Assembly: GCA_964016885.1 (NCBI GenBank)
Contig: OZ024741.1
Span: 210,304,001 to 210,368,000, forward strand
Reading direction: 5' to 3'
Origin: Eledone cirrhosa
Lineage: Eukaryota
DNA length: 64,000 bases
The position numbers and the translations under genes were made by a program. The notes below the pieces were generated by a model. The model was not told the DNA's origin. It ran no database searches and saw only the letters and a list, made by a program, of their open reading frames with translations. Position 1 is the stretch's first letter, and each line of letters begins with the position of its first letter. This document shows positions 1-15,148 of this stretch, in pieces.

Positions 1-2365
1 TTTCATAGATGGATCAATACTGGAAACAGCTCTACAGAAAATGTCGAATAGGAAATCACCAGGCCCAGACCTCATTACAGGATACTGGTTGATGAATTTC
101 ACTTTCTATTGACAAGATCTCATACGGCTGTTTACAGAAACCCTTAAAGGCACACAAGAACTGCACAGATGGTTATCAACTGCCACTACTCTCCTCATTC
201 CCCAAAATAGCCAAACCACCCTTGCTAAAAATTACCGCCCAATAGCCTGCCAGAACATCATGTATAAATTATCCACTGGGTGCCTTAACGTGTTCTTACA
301 GGATCACTGTGCTACCAACAACACCATAACACCTGAGCAAGCTGGTGGAAAGAGGGAGGTGTAGGGTTGCATAGATCACCTACTAACTAATAAAATGATT
401 CAAGAAAAAAACAACAAAGAATCGCAGAAACATGACTGTGGTGTGGTTGGACTATCAAAATGCATTTGATAGTGTACCTCATGGGTGGATTGTTAAGGCT
501 TTACAGTTAGCCAAAGTCCCACAACCACTGGTAGCTGCTGTTGAACACCTGACCAAGAACTGGTACACCAATTTGATCCTTAGAGGTGAGAAGGAGCAAG
601 TTAAGACTGATAAGATACATTACCAGAAGGGCACCTTTCAGGGTGATAGCTTGTCAGTGCTACTCTTCGTTCTCTCACTAAATCCACTATCTTACCTACT
701 CAGGAAACAAGGTGGGCAAAGAAGTGGGTCCAGAAGTATCTCCCATCTTTTCTTTGTCGATGACCTAAAGTTGTATGGGCCAAATATCAATGACACCAAG
801 AAACAATTGGATCTCATTTCACAATTTTCAACAGACATCAAAATGAAATTTGGTGAATCCAAGTGTGCATATTTGGCAGTAAAACGTGGAAGAGCTGTGC
901 CCTCCTCTAGAAATCTAGAGATGAACGGCCTGACAATACAACCTCTACAGTCAGGTGATAACTACAGATATCTTGGACAGGATGAGAATGTCAGATATGT
1001 TGGACCCATAAATAAGGAGATAGCAAGTCCTGAATACCTTAGAAGAGTTAAGAAAATATGGTCATCAGAACTGTCAGCTTACAATAAATAGATTGCCCAC
1101 AATACTTATGCTGTGCCAATTCTAATGCCAACATTTGGCCTGCTGAACTTGTCATTGCAAGAACTAAGTGAGATGGATGTTAGAACTCGCAAACTTCTCA
1201 GTATTACTGGGAACTTTAACATCAATGGTGATGTGGATAGGCTATACTTCTCACGCAAGGAAGGTGGCCGGGGTCTAAAATCCATATTAACATCATATGA
1301 GACCCGGATAGTAACACTGAAGCAACATCTTCAACAGAGGAAAAAGGTTGGCAGCCATCTTGCCCAGGTTTATGGGCATGAACAAAAAATCATTAGAATA
1401 ACTACTGATCTGGAGGAGAGATATGGAATAAAGCCTGATATAAATCTCTCACCCAAAGAAATCGGAAGATCCTATTCAATGTTCAAACAAGATGAAAAAA
1501 TTGACCAATTTACAGAAAAAGTTGTGCATGGATACTTGAGGCGTAAAACACAGACCACAGAGGGGATAAACCACTCAAAAAGCCTGGCATGGAGTTCCGA
1601 CAAGTTTATGACATCACACCTTGAGGGATATCTCTATGCAATACAGGAACAAGAAATCTCTACCAAATATCTGCTGCACAAAAGGGGAGGGCCATCAGCT
1701 GACAATAAATGTAGGCTATGTAAAACAAAGATCGAGGATGTAAGCCACATTGTTGCCAGCTGCGAAAGAATGTCATCACGCTACTACCTCCCCATGAGAC
1801 ACGATGGGACAGCTAGAACCATCTGGAATGCACTTCGGAAAACAAAATTAACAACAAACGAGGAAGAATATATTGAGACAGATGGCACTAAGGAATACTG
1901 GTGGAACCTGAAAATAAAAACTGCCACCAAATTAAAGCACAACCGACTTGATATTGTTGTTTGGGAGCACACATTGAAAACGTGTTCTGTTGTGGAGATG
2001 AGCTGCCCACTTGATGTAAACGTTGTCAGAAAAATACAGGAGAAGGAGGACATCTATGGACCATTGATAAGGAGTTTACAAATCCAGTATCCAAGATACA
2101 CCTTTAGCTTCATACCCGTCATTATTGGAGCTACTGGTTATATACCAACCCGTTTGGACCAAAGTATGACTGAACTTGGATTTGCGGACAAAGAGCGCAG
2201 CTCCCTAATTCATAGTCTACAAATGGCTGCGATAGCTGGCACCTTCAAAATTTGCAAAACATTCTTGCGATTCAAGGGATGACAATTTCTTTTCTTTTAC
2301 AACTTTGCCACCAGGAAGGTGGCCGGTCAAAAAAATATACTCGAAATTAAGAGAAAGAGATAACA
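1..2365 (+). mobile_element. Decayed RT-RLE non-LTR retrotransposon (R4/Dong-like, family C); 5' part lies outside the window
   Basis: RT motifs KSPGPD and NYRPI (1-431), LDYQNAFDSVPH, QGDSLS and FVDDLK. CCHC knuckle CRLCKTKIEDVSHIVASC, RHD, and RLE motif RLDIVV..VEMSCP..K. In-frame stops (e.g. 1089-1091). A short 3'UTR runs into CATA/(TA)n. Confidence 0.9.
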
Positions 2366-2369
2366 TACA

Positions 2370-2373
<4 letters not shown>

Positions 2374-2445
<72 letters not shown>

Positions 2446-2514
2446 TACATACATATATACTTACATACATTCAGACATACATACATTCATACATGCATTC
2501 ATACATTCATATAA

Positions 2515-2583
<69 letters not shown>

Positions 2584-2692
2584 TATACATGTATATATGT
2601 ATATATATGTATATACGGGTATATGTGCATATATATACATATATATATATTTAAATATATGTGTGTCAGTGTGTATTTATTTACCCCCCCCC

Positions 2693-2783
<91 letters not shown>

Positions 2784-3142
2784 CATGTATGTTTACATAT
2801 ATATACTTGCATGCATACACACACCAGCTACCAGAATTGCATATACTGAACATTGAACAGTGAACATTGAACGATTTTCACAAAGATCGATAAATACATT
2901 AGATGTTGACCAACACAATAGAAAGCTTTTAAATTTGAGTCCTTCTTGAAGAATACTCCGCTAAAGTGGAACTAATGTGGCTTGTCATATAGTTAAACAC
3001 TAACAAAATGGAGCGAACATCCATAGAAAAGTCTGGAAGAAAAACGGATACAAAAATATACTGAAAGGTACATGTGGTGAAAAGAGAGAGTGAGTTTGTG
3101 TGTGTGTGTGATAGAGAGAGAGAATGAGAGATAGATAGATAG

Positions 3143-3196
<54 letters not shown>

Positions 3197-3198
3197 TT

Positions 3199-3259
<61 letters not shown>

Positions 3260-3455
3260 TGGATAGATAGATAGATAGATAGATCGACAGATAGATATAT
3301 TGAGATAGAGAGAGCAAGAAAGAGAGGGATAGAATGAGAGAGAGTGAGAGAGGGGAAGAGGAAGGAAGAGAGAGAGAGGGGGAGATGATAGAAGGGTGAT
3401 AGAGAGAGGGGATAAAGTGAGAGAGAAAGAGAGAGAGTGAAGGAAATAGATATCT

Positions 3456-3496
<41 letters not shown>

Positions 3497-3520
3497 GTAG
3501 GGGTGAGATATCAGAGGAGA
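2374..3520. repeat. Compound (TA)n/(CATA)n/(CA)n/(GATA)n/(GA)n microsatellite tract
   Basis: Directly visible; source of the spurious YIYI and SLSL ORFs. Confidence 0.95.
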
Positions 3521-3744
3521 GAGAGATCGAGATCCGAGAAGGAATACTAACAATAATACTGAAGTAAAAATAAAAATAAATGAAATAATACAAAATACAT
3601 CTGTTTTGGTAAAAACAGGTTGACGTGTGCCACAAGTTGGTACATATGTCTTCCTGTATATATAGTATATTGGAGACATATATATATATATAGTAATAAC
3701 AATAAATTTGAAGACTAAAATCCAAAGATATATATATATATATA

Positions 3745-4104
3745 TGTTGTTATACTTGGGAAGGGTCATATTTGTGTAATAATATTGCCAGAATTAATAA
3801 TTAATAATTGTTTCTACTTTTGGCACAAGGCCAACAATTATTCCAGTGTATTACTGGTACTTTATTTTATCGACACCGTAAGGATGAAAGGCAAAGTTAA
3901 CCTCGGCGGGATTTGAACGCAATCTGTAAAGGGACGTAACTGTGCTGTAAAGCATGGCGTCCGACTCTCTACCGATACTGCCAATCCACCGAATAATTAA
4001 TAATATTGCCAGAATTACACAAATATGAGCCTCCCCAAGTATAACAATATTTGTTTCGACACACGATTTCATATCAAAAACCTCGCAAAACTAATTTATC
4101 GCTA

Positions 4105-4105
<1 letters not shown>
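3745..4105. mobile_element. Inverted pair of PLE terminal (pLTR) fragments of the 20388-22350 family, with a SINE between them
   Basis: ttatacttgggaagggtcatatttgtg..tattgccagaatta (3750-3795) and a reverse-complement copy (4000-4105) match 7008-7115, 20388-20435 and 22255-22350. Confidence 0.7.
3800..3990 (-). mobile_element. tRNA-derived SINE with Meta-domain-like core and ATT-rich tail
   Basis: The minus strand has an A box (tggcagtatcgg), a B box (gttcaaatc), the core gcctttcatccttacggtgtcgataaaataaagtaccag, and the 3' end ggccttgtgccaaaagtagaaacaattatt. Confidence 0.8.
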
Positions 4106-4135
<30 letters not shown>

Positions 4136-4444
4136 GTTCTGGTATCTCAAATTAATAGCATTGAACAACAAATGTATTATAGACACCCTATATATTTCCG
4201 TGGGTACTTAGTACCTGTGGAGATATTAATCTCATTTTATGTATATTCTCCCATGTGTGTAGATAAAAAAGCGTTGTACTTGTACCTAACTGCTATTTTT
4301 AGTAGCGTGGCAAACAACACGTCTATAATATTCCCGCTTTCGCTCACGACCAGTTTATGTGTGGGTCATTTTAACCTTACGCTAGCTGGCAGTAGGCGTT
4401 ATATTTACAAACTGTGAGACTTTACGTCCTATAGAATGGAAATA

Positions 4445-4523
4445 GCTTTCTGAAGAGCCGATCTTTCCATTGGAAGTCCTTTGGATTTACAATCTTTTGT
4501 GAGGCGAAACCGTCGGTAAAAGT
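4445..4523 (+). ncRNA. Type I hammerhead ribozyme fold in a ~470-bp non-coding element (4137-4610) flanked by (TA)n
   Basis: gcttt-CTGAAGA-gcc..ggc-GAAA-ccgtcgg-TA-aaagt: intact core, stems I and II pair, minimal stem III. Confidence 0.7.
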
Positions 4524-4607
4524 ATTTTGGATAGGTGAATATTTAAATCGTATTTTAATTTATTTAAAAGATTGTTTAATGTTTACTTGTTCCGCTCATC
4601 TCAATTA

Positions 4608-7750
<3,143 letters not shown>

Positions 7751-7761
7751 CTATAATTGGA

Positions 7762-7813
7762 CTGAATTAGCCGTCGAAACGGCTTGAGCTCAGCCGTCGG
7801 GGCCCTACTTGTT

Positions 7814-7882
<69 letters not shown>

Positions 7883-7914
7883 ACATACCTGCATACATAC
7901 ATACATATATATAC

Positions 7915-7973
<59 letters not shown>

Positions 7974-8055
7974 CCAGTAAGACCCCGACGGCTGAGCTCA
8001 AGCCGTTTCGACGGTGCGTTATGGTCCACCTGGTTCCTTACCACATTTCCTTCGT

Positions 8056-8056
<1 letters not shown>
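7762..8056. mobile_element. Inverted pLTR fragments of PLE family 3 around (TA)n
   Basis: gccgtcgaaacggcttgagctcagccgtcgggg (7769-7803) and its reverse complement (7982-8013) match 28473-28606 and 27212-27394. Confidence 0.7.
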
Positions 8057-8077
<21 letters not shown>

Positions 8078-8087
<10 letters not shown>

Positions 8088-8477
8088 TAAACGGAATAGA
8101 AAATGCTGACAAATTGTTCACAGTTGAAAAATGGTTTAATTAGGAATAAAAGAGTATTAGTGATTGTATGGGTTAGTATTCAGTTGTGGTTTTAAGTTTT
8201 TAAGTTTTTACCGGTTGCGCATTTCTAAATGCTTTTCAAAAATAATTTTGAGATAGAGTGTCCGTGCTGTTTGCTCTAGAGCAAACAGCACGGACACTCT
8301 ATCTCAAAATTATTTTTGAAAAGCATTTAGAAATGCGCAACCGGTAAAAACTTAAAAACTTAAAACCACAACTGAATACTAACCCATACAATCACTAATA
8401 CTCTTTTATTCCTAATTAAACCATTTTTCAACTGTGAACAATTTGTCAGCATTTTCTATTCCGTTTACCAATATATA
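8078..8477. repeat. ~400-bp spacerless palindrome (two ~200-bp arms, centre tct|aga at 8277/8278)
   Basis: The arms read as exact reverse complements by eye; the end is partly duplicated again at 8491-8540. Confidence 0.9.
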
Positions 8478-8557
8478 ATAACTTGTGTACAATTTGTCAG
8501 CATTTTCTATTCCGTTTACCAATATATAATAACTTGTGTGTTACACCTCTATTCTTT

Positions 8558-8595
<38 letters not shown>

Positions 8596-8600
8596 TATGA

Positions 8601-8761
8601 CCTGCTTGTCAAGACTGGGGGGGGGGGGGCGAGAAAGAGATCGAGGGTGGGGTACAAAGGAAGAAATCAAATCATTTCCCAAATATGATGATTTGATTTC
8701 TTCCTTTGTACCCCACCCTATATCTCTTTCTCTCGCCCCCACCACAGTCTTGACAAGCTGG
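8601..8761. repeat. ~160-bp imperfect hairpin (foldback element)
   Basis: gcttgtcaagactg..gggtggggtacaaaggaagaaatcaaatcat pairs with atgatttgatttcttcctttgtaccccaccc..cagtcttgacaagc. Confidence 0.8.
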
Positions 8762-9059
8762 TCAGTGGTGAAACTACTGCTATCAATAGCTACCTCTCTG
8801 TATCAGAACATTAACAATAACACCTATCCATCAATATATCAATCTATTTCACAGCCTACATTTCTATCTATATGTCTGTTTTTCTGGCTGTCAATCTATA
8901 GTTATGTATTTATGTATATTTACCAATGTATCTATTTTTGGACAAACACAATAGTAAAAACAAGAAAGTAGAAATCCCAATAGAAGTTTAAAGATAGATA
9001 AATAAATAGAGAAAGATAGATAGATAAATAGGTAGATAAGTAGTAGATAGACAGAAACA

Positions 9060-9101
<42 letters not shown>

Positions 9102-9102
<1 letters not shown>

Positions 9103-9778
9103 AAGAAAATTTAGCTCTACGTGGCTGAATACAATAAATGTAATCTGAGTTTTTCGAATATTAATAATAACATTCGATTCGTTTGCAATTATGCAAACGA
9201 GCCTCAATTTTATAGCCATGTCAGTAGAATGAACACTTCATTCTTGCTCTTGTGTTGGCATGCGAACAGAACTGCAGATACTAATGTTTCTGGGTATCAC
9301 CCTTCATCAGTACAGCTCTCTGTTCACCTGCCAAACTGTCAGAGCTAGTGAAAATATATGCTATTTTCAAAAATACACAGTGACTGATCGGCCTGATTTG
9401 CATATTAGCAGACTGGCTGATCAGTCAGATCTGCATTTTAGCAGATCCACTGATCAGCCAGATCTGTATATCAGCAGACTGGCCAGTCAGTTTCCTGTAT
9501 ACGAGCGATAAATGGCCGGCTTTGCAAAATTCAAATAAAAAAAAGAAAATTTCGCTCTACATGGCTGAATACAATAAATGTAATCTGTTAGTGATCGGGC
9601 TGATGATGGGTGATACCCAGAAACATTAGTGTCTGCAGTTCTGTTCGCATGCCAAAACAAGAACAAGAATGAAGTGTTCATTCTACTGACATAGCTATAC
9701 AATTGAGGCTTGTTTGCATAATTGCAAACGAATCGAATGTTATTATTAATATTCGAAAAACTCAGATTACATTTATTA
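9102..9778. mobile_element. Non-coding PLE-type element with inverted arms (9133-9310 and 9600-9778), each carrying a hammerhead core
   Basis: Inverted repeat, plus a direct repeat (9102-9147 and 9542-9587) and three internal 33-bp repeats; flanked by (TA)n. Confidence 0.7.
9272..9315 (-). ncRNA. Minimal type I hammerhead ribozyme fold; second copy at 9600-9638 (+)
   Basis: ctgta-CTGATGA-agggt gat accca-GAAA-cattagta-TC-tgcag. The + copy has perfect stem II (tgggt/accca) and stem III cattagtg but lacks the 5' strand of stem I. Confidence 0.75.
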
Positions 9779-9806
9779 AATATATATATATACATATATA
9801 TATATA

Positions 9807-9886
<80 letters not shown>

Positions 9887-9889
9887 TAT

Positions 9890-10955
9890 ATTTCTTTATT
9901 TGTCACAAAGGCGCACAAGAAAAGGGTACAATTCAAAGACACATGACGGGGATTTTACATGCAGTCGTGTAAAAATATTATTAAAACAAACAAATTTAAC
10001 AATCGAAATCCCCAATAGAGGGGAGGCGTTACAAATCGGTTGTTTAATACCCCGTCGATAGAACAACCCTCAACTTCAGGAGCGTATTGTACAAGTGCTC
10101 CTTTCTTCCGTTTGCTCTCTTCTTCAAACTACAAGTTTAAGTACAGGGAAGGCCCAATCACTCGGGCCATTTTCACTACATTCACCGACCTTTCAGTAAA
10201 TTTACTGGGGTGCAGTGCCTCTCTCTCCACTCTGATTCTCCTTCTAAAGTTGTACTCAAAGAAGGGAATGAGTTGTTGTCCGGAGAGAAAGGCATCTGTC
10301 CTCAGTCCTCTCAATCTCGTCAACCATATAACCTCTTTCACCATAGCCACTATGCAGAGGAAAACCGCCTCTCTTTCGTTTTTGAAAAAGTTGGCGGTTT
10401 GATCCTTACTATGAACTCGGCAGTCAACTGGATTTGTCCCATACGCGACAGCAGTTGTTCTGCGTAGTTCCGCAGGTCAGTTACGCCCGGGCAGTGTACA
10501 ATTGCGTGCAAGGCGGTTTCAATATCCTGCTCGCATCTTGGACACGTCCTCTTGGAAGGATCCCTGCCGGGGCGTCCGTGCCTGTAGATCTTGTCTCGAA
10601 CTGGTAGAACTCTTCGGTAGCACTGCCAGGCCAGGGACCTCTGGAAGTTGTCCATAGGTCCCGGGCGGAAAGTCCTACCAAACAGCCTGGTGAGCTCGTC
10701 GTCTTCGACTACCAGAGTCTCTCCGAGCACGTTGTCACACTTGTAATGTACTAAACCTCTATAGAATGTCGAAGTGGAGTCTACACTGATTGTTGTGCCC
10801 GCCTGACAGAGGAATGTGAGCGTCTGAACGCATTCAATGTGCCAGGCGCCCATCTTCTTCGGTCTCCGCTTGATTCAGGACTGCAGCTCCATCAGCGAGA
10901 CAAGTTGCGGGAAGGCTTGTCTCACAAACGGTGTCTACACCGGTTGTTCGGTGAG
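9890..10955 (-). mobile_element. 5'-truncated Tx1-like LINE (zf-RVT region plus 3'UTR)
   Basis: GPMDNFQRSLAWQCYR..CPRCEQDIETALHAIVHC is homologous to 40024-40809; 3' end cctttgtgacaaataaagaaa. Confidence 0.88.
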
Positions 10956-11199
10956 GAATACCTGGACAGCTAGATCAATCGAGTGATAGCTAGATATATA
11001 TGAAGAAAATACATTGTAATTTCCTTCTGTTTAAGATGACAGTAGAACTAACATGGCCGCCAATCGCAATCTAGAATAACATACCAATATATACCATGAT
11101 TTCTCTGAGGGCTTTAGGTGTTCATGCAGTGCCGAGTAGATATAGACACCGGCTTGACTCTCTCTCCCTTGATCCAACAAAACATCCATCATGTGAAAC

Positions 11200-11290
11200 A
11201 GGTACTACGCTGGTCATTTTCTTATCGATCCCGAAAGGATAAAGGACAAAGTGGACCTCGGCCAGAGTAGAACTGAAATGGTCGTAACAA
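11200..11290 (-). mobile_element. Degenerate fragment of the Meta-like SINE core
   Basis: ttatcgatcccgaaaggataaaggacaaagtggacctcggc resembles 3865-3910. Confidence 0.55.
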
Positions 11291-12107
11291 ATATCCAACT
11301 CCCCAAAGATTCTGACCTTTTGGATGGTAGAATTAAACACAGCAACAATATATTTTATAGGGGTAGATAACTCTACTTTTGAATCGGGGTTGTAAAATGA
11401 AATTATACAAACATACATATGTAATATACTGACACAATGAACGAAACAAATAAAATATGTGTATGTGTGCGTATGTGCGAGAGTGGGTTTGTTGATTTTG
11501 ATTTTTGTTTATGTATTATATTTCGAAATATATTTTATTTATTTACATATTTATGTGATCATTTTATTTGTTTTTGTTTTCAAGAAACATTCATTAAACC
11601 GAAGTATTTTATAGATTTAAGCATATATAGAGTTTCTTTGACATAATGGGCATAGATAAGAGAAAAGCCAATTTCTGGACCATTAAACTTCGTCAGGTTC
11701 AGCTTAAACCCACTGCACCGCTGAGCATTAGCAGCTTATAGCTCAATAGACATTGGGTGTTTATCATACAAGTGGGGAGGCTAATTAGCATAAAGGCGAT
11801 AGTTTGACAGCTATTAAAACATTACTTGCTAAGGCAATCACAGCAGGAAAAGAAAAAGAAAAAAAAACAAGCAAAAACTATTGCTAAAACCGTTATAGCA
11901 AAGAAAATCCTGTTTCAAACATATTATTTTGTAACATGGTAACATGTTGAATCCGAGGGAAACTTGTAGATGGTGTAGGGTGGTGTGTGGTGGGTGGTGT
12001 GTGATGGTGGGAAGGATGGCATCGGTAAATATCTATCAGTCCGTTAAATGGAAGGATTACTGTCAATAGATATATATAGAGAGAGAGATAGATAGATAGA
12101 TAGATAG

Positions 12108-12408
12108 ATTTCTTTATTAGCCACAGGGGCACAAAAGAAGGGGACAAATACAAAGGGGGAAGTTTACATACAATAAAAACGTGTAAAATGTTATCACAGA
12201 TGGAATTTAAAAGTTAGTCGATTTTCCCCAATAGAGGGAGACAGTTTATATGGGTAACACAGACCCCCGAAAAAAATGTGCAACCCTCATCTCCAGGAGT
12301 ACGAAGAGCTTGTACTCCTTTCCTCTCCTCCTCCTTTTCCTCAACCTACAGGCTGATATAGAGAGAAGGCCCATTCACTCGGGCCATTCTCGCCACTTTC
12401 ACCCACCT
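12108..12408 (-). mobile_element. Tx1-like LINE 3' end embedded in (GATA)n
   Basis: Encodes RWVKVARMARVNGPSL (compare RWVREASMARMNGPSL); ends cccctgtggctaataaagaaa; (GATA)n on both sides. Confidence 0.8.
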
Positions 12409-12929
12409 TATAGATAGATAGATAGATATAGATAAACGTATGTATGTATGTGTGTATGTATGTATGTATGTATGTATGTATGTATGTATGTATGTATGTA
12501 TGTATGTATGTATGTATGTATGTGTAACAAATTTAATATAGAAATGGCTTCTACCGTACTAGAACTGTTTCATTCGAAGGACATCATGTGGAAAGCCAAC
12601 TGGCATTGTAATAAGGTGTTTTTTTTTCTATATTTTCTGGTGGCTGGGTAAACTGGTGATTTTGAGGATGCTATATTCTGGTCTCATCAATTGAAAATAT
12701 TTTTTTTTTGTGCGCAAACCCCCAAAATTTAGAGCCTTTTGGATAATAATTCAAGGCGTGCTCTAATCCGTGTGCAATTATGCTGAACATTTCACATCAG
12801 CAGTATCCTCTTTAGACATGTTTAGCCATCAATTTTGTACCTATGACTAATTGACCGTAGATTTGCTTCCCCTGAGACACAAGACTGGGCAGATTATTTT
12901 GTGAAAGACCGACAATCACCCAGTCACGA

Positions 12930-13160
12930 CGGTTTCCCCCCTTTCCCATAGCGATGTTGTCCAAAATACAAATACAGGGCAATGCAGCTTAACCCCAGTG
13001 TCAACACAAGCAAAATATTTTCTAAGTAGGCTGGAGAAACGTGAAATATAGAGACTTTCTCGTAGATACAAAGTGCTACCCGGTCCGAGAATCGAACTCA
13101 TAACCTCCCCACATGATTGAGAGCCTAGCCCTCTAACTCCTAAGCCACACTCTTTCACAA
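12930..13160 (-). mobile_element. Degenerate tRNA-derived CORE-type SINE
   Basis: Similar to 13430-13580; minus strand has gtggcttaggagttag (A-box-like) and gagttcgattctc (B box). Confidence 0.55.
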
Positions 13161-13429
13161 TATCTAATCTCATCTATCTAATGTGGCCGCGTTTACAATC
13201 GCAAATAAGAAGCACCAGGGCTGCCCTTAGGAGCATTGGATTTGGTGTACTTCATATTTGTTTCGGTTGCTGAATACAATCAGAGGTCGCTGCTTCTCCT
13301 GAAGGTCAATAGTTCTCCTCTAACTCGAGCAAGAGCGCCTTTCCATTGACAATTTGCATTGAACATCTGCAAAGCCACATTGTTCTCAGAACCACTACAC
13401 CAGTCTTTCGATGCGTGCAGCTGGAACTA

Positions 13430-13580
13430 CTGCCACCCATTTCTACAGCAGAGTAAACTGGAGCAACGTGAAATAAAGTGTCTTGCTCAAGGACACAACA
13501 CATCACCCGGTCCGAGAATCAAACTCACAACCTTTCGATTTCAAGCTCTAACTAACCACTAAGCCATGCGCCTCTCACAA
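13430..13580 (-). mobile_element. tRNA-derived CORE-type SINE
   Basis: Minus strand: tggcttagtggtt (A box), gtttgattctc (B-box-like), then gtgtccttgagcaagacacttta..ctgtagaaatggg, resembling the MIR CORE domain. Confidence 0.7.
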
Positions 13581-13953
13581 TAAGGCGCTGTTAAAAGTAC
13601 TTAAGCTCATATTATAGAATTAGTAATATTCTCAGTTCACAAAGCTCATAAACAGTACAGTCGCGCAGCTGTGAATGTAACCAATTCATATAATGTATCA
13701 AGGTAGAAATATATAAATGTATAACTATATAAATGTATGACTGCATGCTGTTGACTAATAGCACTAAATTATCCTGTCTTCTACGTGATTCTTCTATTTA
13801 GCTTCATTAAATATTTAAAATGTACACACGTCATTATAGCCGCTTTATCTTCTTCGTAATTTGTATTTTTTTTTAAAGATTTTCTTTTCACCGTTCTAGT
13901 ATACAACTACGGGCCACCAATCATCTCACACCGACACTAATTCTCATGCACCA

Positions 13954-13985
<32 letters not shown>

Positions 13986-14051
13986 CTTCTTCTTCTTCTT
14001 CTTCTTCTTCTTCTTCGTCGTCGTCGTCGTCGTCGTCGTCACCGTCATCAC

Positions 14052-14121
<70 letters not shown>

Positions 14122-14689
14122 TTTCTTTTCTTTTTCTCCATCATCATAATCATCATCAGCATCTTCTTCTTCTTCTTCTTCTTCTTCTTCTTCTTCTTCT
14201 TCTTCTTCTTCTTCTTCTTCTTCTTCTTCTTCTCCCCCCCTCCACACCATCTCCTTCCTGTTACACATTAACACAAAGCCCATCAGTCAGAAAGTGAACA
14301 ATTATACGTTTGACTGGTGTGAAAACAAAGTGAAAAAAGAAAAAAAAATTCAGCCAACAACAATAACAACTACAATAACAACAATAACAGCAACAACAAT
14401 AATAACAACAACAATAACAAAATCAACAACAACGATAACAACTATACAATAAAATTAACAACAACAACAATAACAACAACAATAACAACAACGATAACAA
14501 CAACAATAACAACAACAATAACAACAACAATAACAACAACAACAAGGATAAGAACAACAACAATAACATCAACACCAATAACCACAATAACAACAACGAT
14601 AACAACAACAACAACGATAAGCGCAATGACAACAACAACAACAATAACAACAACAATAACAACAACAACAATAACAACAATAATATTTT

Positions 14690-14800
14690 TTTCTCTTGGC
14701 ACAAAGCCAACAATTTGATGGGAATGTAAAAGTCGATTAAATCGACACCAGTCCATTACTGATACTTTATTTTATCGACCCCGTAATGGATGAAAGGCAA
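14690..14800 (-). mobile_element. 5'-truncated Meta-like SINE
   Basis: ggcacaaagccaacaattt..tactttattttatcgaccccgtaatggatgaaaggcaa matches 3822-3895 and 24420-24520. Confidence 0.75.
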
Positions 14801-14805
14801 TGTTA

Positions 14806-14878
<73 letters not shown>

Positions 14879-14894
14879 ACTACTACTACTACTG

Positions 14895-14943
<49 letters not shown>

Positions 14944-15049
14944 TACTACTACTACTACTAAAACTGTTTCTGCTGCTACTACTACTACTATTACTACTAC
15001 TACCGCTGCTGCTACTACTACTACTACTACTACTACTACTAGATAATAA

Positions 15050-15148
15050 TAGTTTCATTTATTGGCCACAAGGGCCGACATACAGGGGACAATACAATAG
15101 ATGGGGACAGTGGGGTGGGTGGGTTTGTGGGTACACAAAAATCAGGTA
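15050..15148 (-). mobile_element. Tx1-like LINE 3' tip next to (TAG)n
   Basis: Minus strand reads ctattgtattgtcccctgtatgtcggcccttgtggccaataaatgaaa, then ctattatc(tag)n; resembles the Tx1 terminus at 40990-41053. Confidence 0.6.

Noticed and set aside
2217-3769. Long YIYI and SLSL ORFs (also at 6.9-8.1, 16.2-18.4 and 26.2-27.3 kb)
   Set aside because: These are stop-free translations of dinucleotide microsatellites in several frames at once.
13200-13400. Possible host exon (minus-strand ctttgcag acceptor near 13370); similar acceptor at about 25674
   Set aside because: Short frames, no recognisable homology and no matching donor or partner exons.
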